This document shows, piece after piece, positions 63,458 through 64,000 of a stretch of DNA of 64,000 nt. Where the stretch lies: the sequence record PQ464595.1, one strand, 5' to 3'. Positions within the stretch are counted from its first letter, which is position 1. Each line of letters begins with the position of its first letter. The position numbers and the translations under genes were made by a program. The notes under the pieces were generated by a model. It did not search any database and was not told the DNA's origin. It worked only from the letters and a program-made list of their open reading frames with translations.

Positions 63458-64000
63458 TTAGACCCCTTTAGCCTCGAAGCCGTACTTTTCGCTCAGTACT
63501 TCAAGGATACGAATTGGCATTTCTTCATGAGTATATTCACGCATGTCAATGAATGGAATATTCATTTCTTCCAAATTGCGAACAAAGATAGCATCAATTT
63601 CTTTTGCCTGTTCCAGAGTCTGTGTGCGACCGTACTGATCATATTCTGGTTTACGTGGGAGCAGGAATACAACATTCTCATATTGATTATATAGCTCTAA
63701 CGCAATTTCAGAACTTATATTATCAACATCATCATAGAATTCATTGTACATGATACCATTCAGTAGTGAAGCATCAGATACGACAAAATCCACCTTTCCG
63801 TTTAAACGGAATAGGCGGTGATTTTGTTGAGCAGTAATTAGAACCTGGTCTTGCATTGCCATTTTGTTTTCATCATAAACATAGTCTTTGATTACTTCAG
63901 TGACAATCTCAACTTTCTGTTTTGACTTTAGTTTTAGTGCTGCGAATAGACCAGCAGCAGTTGTTGATTTACCGCAGCACGGTCCACCAACAAGATTAAT
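63458..64000 (-). CDS. NadR/AAA_28-type P-loop kinase, 5'-truncated by window edge
   Basis: Frame is open to nt 64000: INLVGGPCCGKSTTAAGLF...VTEVIKD, then VVSDASLL, GRTQTLEQAKEID. Confidence 0.8.
   Translation of the reverse strand: MNLVGGPCCGKSTTAAGLFAALKLKSKQKVEIVTEVIKDYVYDENKMAMQDQVLITAQQNHRLFRLNGKVDFVVSDASLLNGIMYNEFYDDVDNISSEIALELYNQYENVVFLLPRKPEYDQYGRTQTLEQAKEIDAIFVRNLEEMNIPFIDMREYTHEEMPIRILEVLSEKYGFEAKGV

Overview
64 kb from the genome of a large, AT-rich (roughly 35-37% GC by eye), T4-like jumbo myophage of enteric bacteria. Gene content and order most resemble the GAP32/CBB/PBECO4/RaK2-type group (inference, not a database result). After a short plus-strand tail-fibre module (1-3358), everything is on the minus strand. 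It contains thyA, a MoxR AAA+/vWA-peptidase pair, acidic candidate internal-head proteins, head-completion nuclease, three tail-tube paralogs, an 884-aa sheath, dNMP kinase and a neck protein. A long accessory region follows, rich in tRNA/RNA-repair and translation genes (CCA enzyme, Thg1, RNA ligase, RlaP-type nucleotidyltransferase, TROVE-like protein, 2H phosphoesterase, Pth2-like, YqeY, HPF), with tdk, a lysin, spanins, an acyl carrier protein and a DNA methyltransferase. The window ends with three ~900-aa tail-fibre paralogs and nrdD/nrdG. I found no tRNA, rRNA, CRISPR array, intron, intein or transposase. Strongest unexplained signals: (1) a ~470-nt ORF-free, highly structured RNA with its own promoter and terminator (40795-41266); (2) roughly 7-fold over-representation of the palindrome AGTACT across the window, alongside an SPPY-type methyltransferase; (3) a tightly coupled 7-gene operon of nucleotidyltransferase, four Cys/His-motif paralogs, a 2OG-Fe(II) oxygenase-like protein and an ACP; (4) anti-Shine-Dalgarno hairpins at late genes and a second promoter class with a non-canonical -35.
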